Source: Neodothiora populina (Eukaryota). Taken from it: 64,000 bases of DNA. Location: NCBI RefSeq assembly GCF_041146345.1, contig NW_027191408.1:682001-746000 (forward strand). Direction: 5' to 3'. Below, one piece after another: positions 1 through 13,314 of the stretch (position 1 is the first letter of the stretch; each line of letters begins with the position of its first letter). Under the pieces are notes generated by a model. The model did no database searches, was not told the DNA's origin, and was given only the letters and a program-made list of their open reading frames with translations. The translations under genes and the position numbers were made by a program.

Positions 1-1893
1 GCACATTCGAGAAGGGATTGAAGAATAGTGGCGTCTAATATGACGGTTGGTTTTCGTGTCTTGTCTAATTCTGTTCTGTTGATAGCAGCTGTTTCGGTAA
101 CAGAACCAGCCTTCTTCGCACGCGGTTTGTCGTGATCAACAGAGGTTAGTACAATAAGGTACTCGAGCAGATCCATTTTTTAGATCTCTTGTGCTGAATA
201 TTGGATACGTGGTAGTTCCGATGGACATGAGCATTTGGTATTGTGACATGTTAAACCTACCGATTGAGGTTGACCTATTAAGGCACACGAAAGGCGCAAC
301 ACTCTTTCTACTTGTTGTTGCGCTTCACCTTGAAGCGCTCCGTCACTCCCTACGTAGGAACACCTAGCTATATCCGATCTGAGAGGATAGAGAATGCAGA
401 GCGAGTGAGCCAGAAGCTGCATCAGAATCAACAAGTGCTTCTTCTCGACAAACTTTCTTGCTCAATTCTCCCAAACTCTGCCGGCTGGTTCGCCGCGCGT
501 CCAATATTACCAATGTCCATCTCCCGCGCGACATCTCGACAACGATGATGATGACGATGAAGGAGCTCACTGTTCTGCATCCCATAATATCCGTCGATGT
601 CATCTCATCAGAAAATGGTTGAAAGGATTATAGATTTATGTCGACCGCGGAAGCCATGCAGAGTGACGTCTGCAGACATCATCTCCAGCACAAATCCACG
701 GTCCGACAACTTCCGCCCGCGCGCGTTGCCCCTTCTATTTGTGCGGCCGAGGTACACTTTCTTGGGACATCTTGTTCGGAGGAGCTGGGGATGTCTCTTG
801 AAATCACAACACTCCATGCCGAGTCTCGACGCCATCGCAAGGCTCGAGAAGAGGTTGTGTTGCGAAGATGATCAGGTGATGTGTCGCAATAACGGGTAAA
901 TCAAGGTACTTACGGTATTCAAGAGACATTCGATCTTGGCTCGTGCCTGATTCACAGGCTGGCGTGGTGACACGACCGGGAAAATAAGCTTGTGGCACCA
1001 GCCAGTGTGTACCTTACCTTACCTTAGGTGGTGGACGTCGAAATCCGGAGGAAGCACTGTTCTCCGTGTTGCTATTGCGAACGGTACCGTGCTGGTGCTG
1101 CACTCCGTACCTGACTCTTGCTCGCGTGCCTACCTGACTGTACCTCAACTTTAAGCACTGCACTCCTGTCCGTGCAATAAATATCTTGTTAGTGTGCAAA
1201 GGTAGAGTAAAATGCGAAAAAAAAGCCGCTTCTAGATACCTTATTCTAAATAAATTTCCACCATGCCCTAGTCTCGAAGGACCCAGGGCACGAGGCCATT
1301 TAGAGTTTGTAGAGCCGGTGCAATCGATCTACAGACATGCCATGTGCAATCTGGGGTTTCTCACGCTTTCTGTCTAGCGTTCGTCTACTTGTAGTCCTTG
1401 CCATCTTGGTCACTCCTTAGCGCCTCGTTTTTCATACCAGAGGCGTTGGGGGCATCCTTCCATCTTAGTCACCGGCCTCATTCTTTAGCACCAGCAGACC
1501 AAAAGCCAAAGATGTAAGTCATCGACGCCAGACGAGCCTCACGAGATGTAATTCCTTTTTGCTTGACTTCTTCTGTCTTACTGTAGCCGAGTCTGGAACC
1601 CTCGGTTATTGTTTACCATGTGCATGACTTTTCCCCTCTCCCTCTTGTCCAATCTCCCCTTTGCCTTTGCGCCGAGTTTCATCATCTTCTATTTCGTCCT
1701 TTGACAAGCATTGTGACTTGTCAGCTAAGCATCAGATGCACCCACGGGACAGTGAGAAGAGCAGATAACATCGTCGTGCACCGGCAGTCAACGACGATCC
1801 ATACTGCGTCAGCGTGATCGTACAGTGTTACATACATAGCAACGTGATTTCTGCTCATACAGCTCACCGCTGCAACTTCTGAGTATCGCAGTG

Positions 1894-3153
1894 ATGGGAG
1901 AAAAGAAGTCCACGGCCGGGAGCACGCAAGCCCCTGCGCGCAAGCAATTCCGCTTGTCAAGACATAAATCCAATGAGCCCACAAGAATCAATAGACAACC
2001 ACAAGCGCAACCCATGGTTGTTGTCAAGCCGACAGGTGGTTCACGACAGACCCGACCATTCGATCCTTTCGAGTTGAGCCGCAGATTGGAATTGTACCAA
2101 CAGGATCAAGAGCTTGCCACAGCGAGGCGTGAATCCGCAAGGAAGGCGGCAGACTCGACAAGACCTGCTGGAGATCGCAATGACTCGGCACATGATGACG
2201 AGACCAAAGGGTGTGAGGACAAGGACGACTCGTCCGACCTGACCAATTATGAGGAAGTGGACGAGGTGAACCCCAACGCTGGAGAGGACAAAGACGAAGT
2301 TCAGACTCAGACCCAACCTCAGAGTCAGCGCAGACGTCCAGAGTCCAGTCGCCAACTCACTCGTCCACGAGCTGACCGGAAAGCGTCCTCGTCTCGCGCG
2401 AGGCGCAGTCAACCCGGCACTTACTTCCCCAAGTACGCCGCGAAGCAATTCAGCGCCACAACAAACACTCTTCCTGCAAAACCAGCCAGCAAGTCAGAGA
2501 AGTCAAAGAAGCCCGACAGCGACCCGGTGAGTCCAAAGCAGCCATTCGTCGAGCCTCCAATGCCAAAGCGCATGGAGCGCGTCATGGCCAGCGAGTCCGA
2601 TCTAGACAAATTCAAGGACCGACGACGAAGCGTCATGTTACCCTCGACCACCGACCACAACTCCAATTTCGCTCATTCATCACGGACTTCACGACCAAGA
2701 CCTCTGAGCACTGCGCTGGAACACCTCAGCATCGCCGACGACCAGGACGCCAACCCCTACATGCTTTCCACAGCTCCCCTGCCCGCCGAGAAAACCCAAC
2801 TTAACGACTACTCAGGCGCGACACACTACGTTGCCCTCGAGCCCAGACCCACTCTGGCACAACACCACGACCACAACCGAAACGACTGGAGTCAAGCGAG
2901 CCAGTGCGGCGACTCAACCCCGCATTTCTCACATCACCTGCACAGTATATGGAAGAAAGACGGAGGAGCAGCAGCGGGGTCTGACAACGCGAGACGGCCA
3001 CAACACGGCGAGACGGCTGCCGCTCCTCGACGAGGCACCAGCGCTGGCACCCATGGTGGCAGCGACCAAACCATGATTTCCGACGCCGTCAAGCTCGTCA
3101 AAGAAGAACGCAGACGGAGCAGTATCTTGGGCTTTCTGAAGAGACATCATTAA
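1894..3153 (+). CDS. Hypothetical low-complexity fungal protein (~419 aa)
   Basis: Long single-exon ORF, ATG at 1894, S/R/D/P-rich with coding-like composition. No recognisable domain. Confidence 0.75.
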   Translation: MGEKKSTAGSTQAPARKQFRLSRHKSNEPTRINRQPQAQPMVVVKPTGGSRQTRPFDPFELSRRLELYQQDQELATARRESARKAADSTRPAGDRNDSAHDDETKGCEDKDDSSDLTNYEEVDEVNPNAGEDKDEVQTQTQPQSQRRRPESSRQLTRPRADRKASSSRARRSQPGTYFPKYAAKQFSATTNTLPAKPASKSEKSKKPDSDPVSPKQPFVEPPMPKRMERVMASESDLDKFKDRRRSVMLPSTTDHNSNFAHSSRTSRPRPLSTALEHLSIADDQDANPYMLSTAPLPAEKTQLNDYSGATHYVALEPRPTLAQHHDHNRNDWSQASQCGDSTPHFSHHLHSIWKKDGGAAAGSDNARRPQHGETAAAPRRGTSAGTHGGSDQTMISDAVKLVKEERRRSSILGFLKRHH

Positions 3154-3684
3154 CGAATTTCTTTTCTTTCTTTCTGTTTCTTACTTTTTATGTATGGGTT
3201 CGGATGTAAGGAATGAATGCATATTGCATGATTGGGACGTATTTCTGGGCGGACGGTTTTTCAAAGGTTGGTATTTACACATATGGCGGTGGTGGTGGCA
3301 TTGGGCTTTTGTTTTCTTTCCTGCGTTGGAATTGTCGTTTCCATCTCCTCACTTTATCGCGCTGCTCGCGAGCATATTCGGTTCCATCTTTCCACTCATG
3401 TTTCTTTTTTCCAGTTTCGCTCGCCTCACCTGCTGCATTTGTTCCTTCCTCTCTTGCATTCCGACGTCCTTTCTTTGGGGAAAGAAAAGCATCATTAGCT
3501 TTGCTTTTTTTAGTTCTTCTTCTTCTTCTTCTTTTTCTCCTTCTCTATCATTTGCTCCTCTGGCTACTATTGGAGGATGAAAGTGGAAGTAGGGTTTCTC
3601 ATTTTCGGGATCATTTCACGTATTCTTTGTACATACATATATACATTACATACATATCTACATGTACATACCAGCCCTATTCCT

Positions 3685-3759
3685 CTTCTTCTTCTTCTTC
3701 TTCTTCTTCTTCTTCTTCTTCTTCTTCTTCTTCTTCTTCTTCTTCTTCTTCTTCTTCTT
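3685..3759. repeat. (CTT)n microsatellite, ~25 units
   Basis: Perfect trinucleotide run between two convergent 3' ends. Confidence 0.97.
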
Positions 3760-4152
3760 CCTGCTTTTGTTGGCTCCGTTGCTCTCTTTCTTGCCTGATG
3801 CGGAATGCTTTTCTTGGATGAGGTGCCTGAAAAGGGCTTGGCGGTGGGATCAATGGGATTGGTTTGGACAAAGACAAGGAGATGGAAGAATGGAAAAGAA
3901 GAGTGGAGAAAGGTTGTTGATTGGGGGAGTGAGCAAGAGTTCACTTCTTCTCACTTCACTTCTTCCGTTGTACTCTTTCTCCTTTGGCGTTTTTCTTCGT
4001 GTCGGCCGCTTGCGAATCGGCAATATAGCGCCCCTGACCTTTTTTGGATTCTCTCGTCGTTCTTTGCTTTCCCTCTTCGATGATATAAACAACAAAACAA
4101 GAGACTAACTGCCTAACCCAGCTCAATCAAAAAAAAAACCATTTCCAGCTTT

Positions 4153-7041
4153 CTAGTCACTCCCACTCCCGCTCCCACTCCTACTGCTCCCGCTCTGAAT
4201 ATCATCTCTATCATGATCATTATTCTCCTTCAACGCCTGCCTGACAAGCGCGAGGCAAACACCCTCGACGTCCGAGCCGACCCTCCAAGCGCGCAACACG
4301 ACGCCCTTCTGATCCATGAGGTCCTTGGCGCGCGCCCAGCGTCGTTTCCACATTTCTTCTTTTTTGTTCAGCGGCGTTTGTGAGCCTCCTCCGTAGGGGT
4401 TGTTTGCGGCTGCTGTTGATGTGGTGTCGAATGATGGGCCCCATGTTGAGTTGGCGCTGCTGCTGTTGCTCGGTGGTTCGGACCCGCCCCATGTGCCGCT
4501 TAGGCGGTTTGAGGCGTATTGCGCTGCGGCTGCTGGGTAGGAAGAAAGGTTCCGTCGCGGGGGTGGTGGGGGCGCGGTCAGTTGTGATGGTGGTCGGGCG
4601 TCGTCTAGGGATCGCGCCGTGGTTGATCTTCCGATACGCGTGTTTTGGAGTCTGTCTTCGTCATCTGTAAAAGCAGCAGGAAGAGCAGTGGTTGCGCTAG
4701 GCTTGCTGGACTTCGTGGGTGAGCCACCGAGGTATTTGGGCGCCGAAGGTAGGACGTTGTATGCGGAGTTGAGCTTCTTCTTGGCCGCCGCTCCGTACGT
4801 TTGCTTCGGCGGCGGTGGTTCCAACGGTGGTGGCGAACCGACAATGGGTGAGTTTTGTGATAGAGGCGACGGGACCATGGTGTTTACTGTCGTCGACGGT
4901 TTTCGGGGTTTGGGAGGGGGTGGCTTGGATGCATTCGCGGTCGCTGGCTGGGAGGCGCCGAGCGGGCTCGGAGATCTCAATTGAGGTGGTTTGATCTTGA
5001 GGGGAGGTGGAGGAGACAATGCCTTTCTCGTCGGAGAATCTGTCTGGACTCGGTTCAAGGGAGGAGCAGTGGTTCGAGAATGCACGTTCGGCCGCCGTGG
5101 TAGCGCAGGTGCCGGGCTCTCGTCATCGCTGAAATCAATGAGATCGTCCTCGATCGCCGAGGCTTGCGGAGCAGGTGGATCAGTCGGTCGTCTTGGTGGC
5201 AATGCAGGCCGCATGCTTCTGTCGTCTGACGTGGGGAATTTGTCGAATGACGGTGGCTGTTCCAAGAACACCGATCTCCTTGTCCGTGCGGTCTCCTCTT
5301 CCATGTCTTTTAGTGATGCTGCAATAGCCTCCCTGAGCTCGTTTTCATCGTCTTGGATATCATTAGGCCGTGACAGCTGCTTAGAGCTGATCAGGCTTTC
5401 GGTGCTTTTATGTTTCGGGGTGCGCTTGCCGCCATTGGCACCGTTGCTCAGGGGTCCCATAGACGGGTCGAAGAAGCCTTTGTTATCTGGCGTTGTGACA
5501 TCTCTGATAAAGATTCCCAAAATGCGACCGGGGTACTCGAGCACGGTATCAACATAGACCTCGAGATCCGCCTCTCCGCTGTCTCCAACAAGAACGAACT
5601 TGCGGTCCGGGAAATCGCGCATGATTCTCTCCATGGTAGCTTTCTTGCGCTCAGCGACCGGCTCGAAAATACCTTGAAGCATACCGCTATACTGCTTCAA
5701 ATGATAAGATCCACGAGGAAGACCGGCCATTTTGCAAAAGGTTGTCAGTACGGGATACAACTGCCAGGGTGAATTTGACACATAATGCAGCTTCACGCCC
5801 ATATCCGCCAGTTTTGTATACCATGGCTGGACGCCGTCTATAATCAGGTCTCCCAAATCCCTTATGAAAGCATTGCGGAAGATTTCTCTGGCTCCACTAC
5901 TGATGGCAGAATGTTTGATTGTATCATCGATGTCAGTAATCAAGCTGACGCCCCGAGATGATGTCACCTGCACCTCCTCGGTAGCGGATAGCCGGTCGGA
6001 TGCAAGTACGCGCACGTGTGTTGGTATAAAGTCCAGAGAGGCTCGCAGATGAAAGTGGCCGGACGCGTCGGTGTTGATTGTCCTCTGGCGCGACACTTTG
6101 TCGTTGTAGAAGAAAGCACTGATGGTAGCGTTGGCAATGGGGTTGGCCATGAAGGGCTTGAGACGGGCCATGAGATGGTTGTTTGCAACAGACAACTCGG
6201 CCTGTGACATTTTCCCTGGAGCTGTCCAGGACTGGCGTTTCCGGACAGGGTTGATGGAGTCGGTATCGCCCAACACTTCGAGATGGTCGGCCGACGAGCG
6301 TGAAGGGGACGAGCTGGCGCTCTGTTTGCCATAAACACTGCGCCCATCGGAGTCCCGGGAGGGAAGTTCACTGAAGCCTCCTTGGCCAGCAATTGCGGCT
6401 TCCGTCTCGCCTCTCCGCACAATCTCGTCGGCTTGCTGTGACACAATCTCTTGTTCTCGCTTGGAAGGGGCGTCCCTCACAGGACTTGTTGACCGACTGC
6501 CTGGTCGACTTGACGACGGACTCGAGACGCCAGATGGCGCAGGGAGACCGACCAGCTGGCGAGCTAATCCGACCATAAGGCGGTGCTTGCGGCTCAAGGG
6601 ACCTTTGTGGGGGTTGTAGATCCATCCACGAACATCGACATCAACTATCGCTCGGTCATTCTCGTACTGTTCCCATTGCTGTTTCCAGAACTCGGCATCT
6701 CCAGATCCAGTAGTGTCCCGGTAGTCCCGTCCCGTGCCAGCGACCTGCTGGATAGTGCCTGGCTGAGCGCGCGGCTTGCTCTTGGTGTGCTTCCTGGCAT
6801 AGCCGGGAAACAGGATCATTTCCTCGTCACCACTGCGGACAACAGCAGCATCAGGGAAAGCGCCGGGTGCGTCGTCGTCATACTCATGCGAGCCATGAGA
6901 GCCGTTCCAGTTGGCCGTGTACGATTGTCTGAGCTCATTCGCGGCCTTCAGATAACCCGCCAACTTCTTGCGCTTGCCACCCGACTCGGGAGGGGCGCGC
7001 AAGCTATCAGCATAGACGGAAGGCGTTCCTCTGTATGACAT
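4153..7041 (-). CDS. APP1: Phosphatidate phosphatase / actin patch protein App1
   Basis: HAD-like DIDDT (DxDxT) motif, HYVSNSPWQLYP, LVGDSGEADLEVY and IFIRDV motifs, Pro-rich C-terminus. First ATG (MSYRGTPS) at 7041. Confidence 0.9.
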   Translation of the reverse strand: MSYRGTPSVYADSLRAPPESGGKRKKLAGYLKAANELRQSYTANWNGSHGSHEYDDDAPGAFPDAAVVRSGDEEMILFPGYARKHTKSKPRAQPGTIQQVAGTGRDYRDTTGSGDAEFWKQQWEQYENDRAIVDVDVRGWIYNPHKGPLSRKHRLMVGLARQLVGLPAPSGVSSPSSSRPGSRSTSPVRDAPSKREQEIVSQQADEIVRRGETEAAIAGQGGFSELPSRDSDGRSVYGKQSASSSPSRSSADHLEVLGDTDSINPVRKRQSWTAPGKMSQAELSVANNHLMARLKPFMANPIANATISAFFYNDKVSRQRTINTDASGHFHLRASLDFIPTHVRVLASDRLSATEEVQVTSSRGVSLITDIDDTIKHSAISSGAREIFRNAFIRDLGDLIIDGVQPWYTKLADMGVKLHYVSNSPWQLYPVLTTFCKMAGLPRGSYHLKQYSGMLQGIFEPVAERKKATMERIMRDFPDRKFVLVGDSGEADLEVYVDTVLEYPGRILGIFIRDVTTPDNKGFFDPSMGPLSNGANGGKRTPKHKSTESLISSKQLSRPNDIQDDENELREAIAASLKDMEEETARTRRSVFLEQPPSFDKFPTSDDRSMRPALPPRRPTDPPAPQASAIEDDLIDFSDDESPAPALPRRPNVHSRTTAPPLNRVQTDSPTRKALSPPPPLKIKPPQLRSPSPLGASQPATANASKPPPPKPRKPSTTVNTMVPSPLSQNSPIVGSPPPLEPPPPKQTYGAAAKKKLNSAYNVLPSAPKYLGGSPTKSSKPSATTALPAAFTDDEDRLQNTRIGRSTTARSLDDARPPSQLTAPPPPPRRNLSSYPAAAAQYASNRLSGTWGGSEPPSNSSSANSTWGPSFDTTSTAAANNPYGGGSQTPLNKKEEMWKRRWARAKDLMDQKGVVLRAWRVGSDVEGVCLALVRQALKENNDHDRDDIQSGSSRSGSGSGSD

Positions 7042-9522
7042 TGTTCGACCTGCTCGTCGCAGCAAGGAAGCATTTTTCAGGTCCAGGCTCTTTCTCCAGT
7101 ACAAGGCTTTCCGCCTACGAAGACGGGCGAGAATGCCGGATGCCTTCCGCTGGCCTCTGCGCAACTGTCGGTTGATGAGGAAGCGGTAGATGCGGGACTG
7201 GGCGGAATGTCGAAGACGAGGTAAGGTGTCGAGTCTGAACCTACTGAGGTGTGCTTGAAAGCGACCCTTCGGATGTGGAAACAGATAACGAAGGAGAGGA
7301 ATGGATCGCTTGAGGCCGCTTTGATGCAGGACCTTGCGCCGATAGAATGGAGGAGCCAGTTTGGGCAGGTGTGGCCGTCCTACAGATGCTCCAATGAGCC
7401 CTGGGGAAAATGACTACTGGACCAGTGTTTGGGAGGACGAGGCAGATGTGTTCTGGGATGAAACTAAGACAAGAAACAGTACAAGTAGAGTGTAGGTGAT
7501 AATCTATTACACAAAGCACTATGTTTAGCTGAAGCAATCGACAACAATAAGCAAGCAAGCAAACAGCCTCAAAGGCACTGCACCACGGCCCAGAATGCAG
7601 GAATATCGCGAATACCGTGGCTTGGAGTAACGGCAACCTCAGCATGAACTTGGCCACTAGTAGCCTTGAGTTTAGGGTGCTGTTGCTGTAAACAGGTGAG
7701 AAGACCATACCTTTCCTTATGGACTGGTGCCATCATCCATGCTCCCTCACACACGCAAAACACAAACGTCATCCTTGGCCACAGAAAGTAAGGTACCTTG
7801 CCTTACGGGGTGGTCGCGAACTTCCATCCAGCCAATGGATGCAGCTCCGCCTCTGCCGCACCGCAGCCTCTACGCCGTCCACGCCATAAGGTAAGGTAAG
7901 GCAAGGTAAGGTACTCATCGTTGAGACGCATGTGCATCTTGTGCAGTCTGTCTCTTGTCGCTTGTCTCTCACGTCTCTTCTTGTCTGTGGAGCGATCTTC
8001 CGGCGCGGCTGCAGGAGTGACACATGTCCAGACGCAAGAAATAGAGTAATTGAACCATCACTCTCACAGCAATTGCCTCCCACTGTCGATCTTGGATCAC
8101 TTCCATCTATTTGTGAATATTGATTTACTCAGGGCAGTAACTCATGCGGCACTCATCAATGTCCTGGCCTATGCTTAACAGCTTCATCATCCGTTGGAGA
8201 GACGAATGCCCACCACTCTTCGCCCTATCTTAATTATGTTGAACCTCAACTGCGATTGCATTATGCATGTCTTACACCAGCGGCCTGCGATATCTAGGTG
8301 GCCGTCGGTCTTGTAGCTCCTGCCCTCGGTCGCAAAGTTGTGTACTTCAGTGACTTTGGATTCTTTTTCTGCCCACCGGAGATAGCACCAGCGTAGTCCG
8401 ATGAGGTCGCATGTCCATGCACAGGAGCGGTATGCTCGTACCGCATTGCTACAAGTACATTGTCGCTTGCCATGAGCCTCAACTCTGCGTGGCTGAGGAA
8501 CATTTTTACCGCGGGAGCCCTATGATTTGTGCAGTGTGGTTTTATGCCCACTGCGTGCTGCATCTCGCTTCTATCTTAGTATAAAAGCATAAATCACCAG
8601 AAGACCCTGAAAGGAGATCAATGGAGCGTGCCAACGTCAAACGCGTAGCTATGGTCCTCTTCTGTATCACATCAATTGCGCTGACGTGTCTTCGCAATTC
8701 CTCGACGGCATGGACTTGTCTACGCCCCGTGACTTCGATTCTAAAAACCGAATTATAGCATTGCACCTCCGGCAACTGAACGCTGCAGGTCCAGAAATTT
8801 CAAAAACTTCCTACTCTAGGCGCTCGCCGTTGTAGTACCAGGCAACCTCGCACCACAACGGTCGAAGACTTACTTTCGACCAGTCTTCCCGACGACTCGA
8901 AGACTTCACCCCTCACACTTGTAGGCCAGCCTTCTGTGTAAGTAATAGTGAGCTGTAAGCATGCAGATATCAATTTTCACTGCAACCTCTCCTCAGATCA
9001 TAAACATAACTTCTTTCAAACATACTTCAATCCATCGAGTTGCACCACTTACCATCGTGAATTCAATTTTGGTCTGTGCCATCACGGTACTAATGGTAGC
9101 CATGAAAGACGTTGTCAGCCGTTCGCTGCCACCCTTCACGGGTACAACTGCTTCAATCAACAATTGCGTAGTATGGCATAGGTATAAGTTACAATCTTTC
9201 TGCAGTGGCATTTGTGTTCAGGTTCAGACGCCTACTTGCACGCGTGTCTCTCTCTTACGCTCCAAATCCCACTCGCTGGTGTCAAATCAAATCTCACCTC
9301 TCTTTTCTCTCGCGAAACCCTCACAACTCCTTTCCAGATCTCTCCAAGCAAAGAAACAAGAAAGTTGTACATTTGCGTGTTAGCTCATCTGACAATCTAG
9401 CCTTCTTTTCTACGTGTACATTTGGCGGCGTGTGATCTATACTAATATCTAGGAACCCCTTTCTGACGAATCCCAATCGATCCGGTCGTCTCTCAATCTT
9501 TTATCTCTGGTGCTCTCGAAAC

Positions 9523-12500
9523 ATGCGTGTAAATAAGGCATGTACTTCTATACATCACCAGATCGCTTGGTCTAACAGGCAATAGCTTCTTGCGTCTTTG
9601 CAAGTTGCTGGTTTGGCGGCTGCAACTTCTCCATATCAGGCCATACACCAGAGATCCTTCAATGAAACTCTCCTCCCAAACAGCACTGATGTCCAAGCCA
9701 CTACCTTTTCCGCTTCATCGTCTAGTAGCGCGAGTCTTTCTACGACGTCGACTTTTGCCCAGGAGAGATCGTCTAGCGCAATCGACTCTACGTCTAGTAT
9801 AGTGACTTCGAGCATACTCACGCAGTCTAGTGATGTGAACACCACTTCCACTTCTTCCCCTATTCGACAACCTACAAAGGCAATCGTTGATAGCACCGTC
9901 CCGAGCGGTAGTGCGGTTGCCAATGCGCTTCTCGCATCTGCCGCTTCCAACAGTACCTCTCCAGCCGACTTGACCACTGCTTCGACCTCGGAAATTGCGT
10001 CGGTAGCATTGACATCAAGCACTCTTAGCACTCTGAACTCAACTCTCTCTGCTACGACACTGGCCTCGAAGATCGGAATAGTGTCTGCTAATGCTAGCAC
10101 TTCCATTTCCCTCTCTACTACATCATCGACTTTGCACAATGCAATGTCGTCTTCTGTTCTTAGCGCTCTGAACTCGACTACCCCTACGCCTTCGCCAGCC
10201 TCGAAGGTTGCAGTAGTGTCGGCCATTGCTAGCACCCTGAACCCTACTCAGCAGACGTCTTCAACAATTACAGTCTCATCGAATGCCACAGCGCTGTACG
10301 GCGCGATCTTGCTAAATTCTTCCGCAACTGTCGCTGTCTCTTCGGCATCTGTGACTGCTGCACCTCTGAACGACACCAACAAGGCACTCAGAACAACAAC
10401 AGTGATTCGCACCCTGTTCAACAGCGTGACTGTCACTGATGTCATAGTCGTCAACGGCACCGTAACAATCTTCACCACAGGTTCGCCAGCTAAAACAGCA
10501 TCAAGTACCATTGTTCCAATCGCAGTGACCACATCGCTTGCCAACATCACATCAGCCTCTGGCAAGGACGATTCGTGCGATCAATACTATATTGCGCAGG
10601 CCGGAGATTCTTGTGCCAAGGTTGCCACTCTTTTCACTATGCCTTTGGCAACTTTCATGTCATACAACCCTTCGATTGAATCCTGCGATCGCCTCAAGAC
10701 AGGAGATGCTTATTGCGTGATCGCTCATGGGAACCAAGGAAGCGCTAGCTTAGCAACACCCGAGTCCGTCTCAAACGACACGACTGCGTCCGCAAATGGT
10801 ACCAGCTCGAGTGCAAAGCCTCAATACGCCCTGCTCAATGGTTCAACTGTCATTGTCGCTCAGATCACCTCTACCATCCCTGCATCGAGCTCTACAGGCT
10901 CTGTATCTGGCAAGACTACGACCCAATCCACGGTCAGCGTTTCTAGCTCCTCTTCAACTTCTCACGCGTCAGCTATGGGTACATCGACTCTGATCGCGTC
11001 CACGACTGCGAGTGCTGTGCAAGTCCTTTCCCCTACCACGCAAACCATCACTCGCGTCGCTACTACAACCAAATACTTCACAGTTGATGTGACCGAGACC
11101 GATTATATCACTTCTACTGTCTTCGTCACGACCATCACCGATGTTACTACGAAATATGTGACGGCCATGCTCACTGCACTTCGGGCAGTCGGTCAACCTG
11201 GTACTCTGAGCTCAAACTCTGCCTGTGGCACGCCCAAGACCATTGTCATCACGCGTCCGGCCAGCATGTCTCCTGCTATCGTTGCCACTCCTGGCAAGAG
11301 CTCCAGCCGTACTGTTTCGACAAGCATTCGTGGTACTTCAAGCGTTCGTGGAACTACAAGCACCACCTCAGCGGCTGGTACCGTTGCGACTACAACAAGG
11401 TTCTGTCCCACTCTCAACGGCACAGTCTGGACTGATCCGCAGGGAAGCCAACATCTCATCTACTGTGATATCGCTTTCCGTGGTACGACAGTCGACTCTA
11501 CTGCTGTCAAGAAGAGAGCTACATCGCCTACTTCCTTGGCTCAGTGCATCTCTGTTTGTGACGGTATGCAGAGCTGTGTCGGCACAGCATTCGACGGAAA
11601 GACATGTACCTACTACAATAGCCTCGGCTCCTCGTACGCATCCAGTGGTATGCAATTCGCCAGGGTTGTCTCAAAAGCCGCCACATCATCTGGCAGTATT
11701 CGCAGCTCGACCACTACGAAGACCATCTCTGCGAGTGTCTACGCTACCACAGTCACAAAGACTTTTTCCACCAATGGCAAGTTGACCACAGTCACTACAG
11801 TGACTTCTCTGACGAGAGTGACAAGCACTCTACCTGCTGTCAAAACCTCGTCTGCGGTCTCGACTAAGGCGACTGTCATGTCGACGACGAGCAGAAAGAC
11901 TTCATCGGCGACTGTTTCGAGCAAGTCGGCTGTTGTCTCTCGCCCTTCATCTTCTGTCAAGCCCTCAAGCGCTTCGTCGTCAATCAAGGCAACCTCTGTC
12001 AAGCCCTCAAGTGCTCCATCGTCAGTCAAGGCAATCTCTGTCAAGTCCTCAAGCTCAAGCAGAGCGACCGCTTCTAGCAGCAAGCCCGCTGTGTCGAGCA
12101 AAGTCTCAAGCAGTGTCAAGGCCTCTTCGGCGGCAACTACTCTCCGCACATCTCTGTCCAGCACAAGCAAGAAGACAACTTGCGCGACAGCTCCCCCTCC
12201 CGCTCCTACTCAAACAGGCATCGTTTCAGGCTGTACCAAGTGGTATGTGGCCCAATCAGGTAAGCCATCATATTCCGGTCTCGAAATATCATGAAATCGA
12301 CCACTGACTTTTCTTGTCCGCAGGTGATTATTGTTATCTCATTGCAGATGAGTACGGTCTTGATGTAAACACTTTCATGGCTTGGAACCCGGCGGTCAAC
12401 GCACCTTCATGCAACAATGTGCAAGTCAATGCTGCCTACTGCGTTGCTGTCGGTTGCCCGGCCTCGGGAGCTTCCTCTACACTGACTTCTTCTGCAGGTT

Positions 12501-13240
12501 CCCCGACTACAAAGACGACGAGCGCTTCGACAGTGACTTCGGCTACATCGACCAGTTCCGTCGTTCCTTACAAGATGTACACAGGTAACGGTACCGTAGC
12601 AGCAGGGTGGCCATCTCAAGCCCAATGGAAGAGCTTCGATGCTTTGTTAGTCTATTCGAGTGTGCTGCATTGAATAATGATGACTAATATATGACAACCC
12701 AGGTGGACGCTCAACCTGCCCAACATGAGACAATCATGCGAGAACAACTGGGCCGTCCCCAACGACAGCGACAGCGAACTCGGCGCGCTCAAAGCAGCAA
12801 TCCTCGACATCGGAACCGCCCAAGGCGTCGACCCGCGCTTCATCCTCGCCATCATCATGCAAGAAAGCAACGGCTGCGTGCGCGTCATCACGACCTCGTA
12901 CGGCGTGCGCAACCCAGGCCTGATGCAGAGCCACAACGGAGCAGGAACCTGCAACGAAGGCGGCACAGTGCAAACCCCGTGCCCGGCGTCGGAGATCCAA
13001 CAAATGGTCGAAGACGGCGTGGCGGGCACGAGTTCGGGCGACGGCCTCGTGCAGTGCCTCGCCGAGACGGGCGTCACGGACATCAGCAAGTTCTACCGTG
13101 CTGCTAGAATCTACAACGGTGGTGTCGGCGGTTACCGTCCTGATGATCTGGGTTCGGGTTGCTGCACCCTCTGTTACTCTAGCGATGTCGCCAATCGCTT
13201 GACTGGTTGGGCGACTGGTAACAGCAAGTGTTCGCTGTAG
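9523..13240 (+). CDS. Secreted Ser/Thr-rich protein with 2 LysM domains, a PAN/apple-like domain and a C-terminal lysozyme-like (SLT/GH23-like) domain; 4 exons
   Basis: ATG 9523, intron 1 ends 9585 (donor GTAAAT 9529 or GCATGT 9538, both in frame), introns 12260-12323 and 12646-12702. Signal-like LLASLQVAGLAAA. LysMs CDQYYIAQAGDSC..NPSI..AYCV and CTKWYVAQSGDYC..WNPAV..YCV. C-terminal ILAIIMQES and PGLMQ motifs. Confidence 0.85.
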
Positions 13241-13280
13241 TAGAGGATGAGGTGCAACGCAAAGGGAGGCATCGTTCCCA

Positions 13281-13282
<2 letters not shown>

Positions 13283-13314
<32 letters not shown>

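Noticed and set aside
1..900. Minus-strand coding-like frames (open from ATG 176 to the window edge, same frame as ORF 180-434 apart from one stop)
   Set aside because: Possibly a gene end or pseudogene, but no recognisable motif or consistent splice model could be built.
3194..4108. ORFs with poly-S/L/F/E/R tracts
   Set aside because: Artefacts of the CTT microsatellite and T-rich 3' UTRs.
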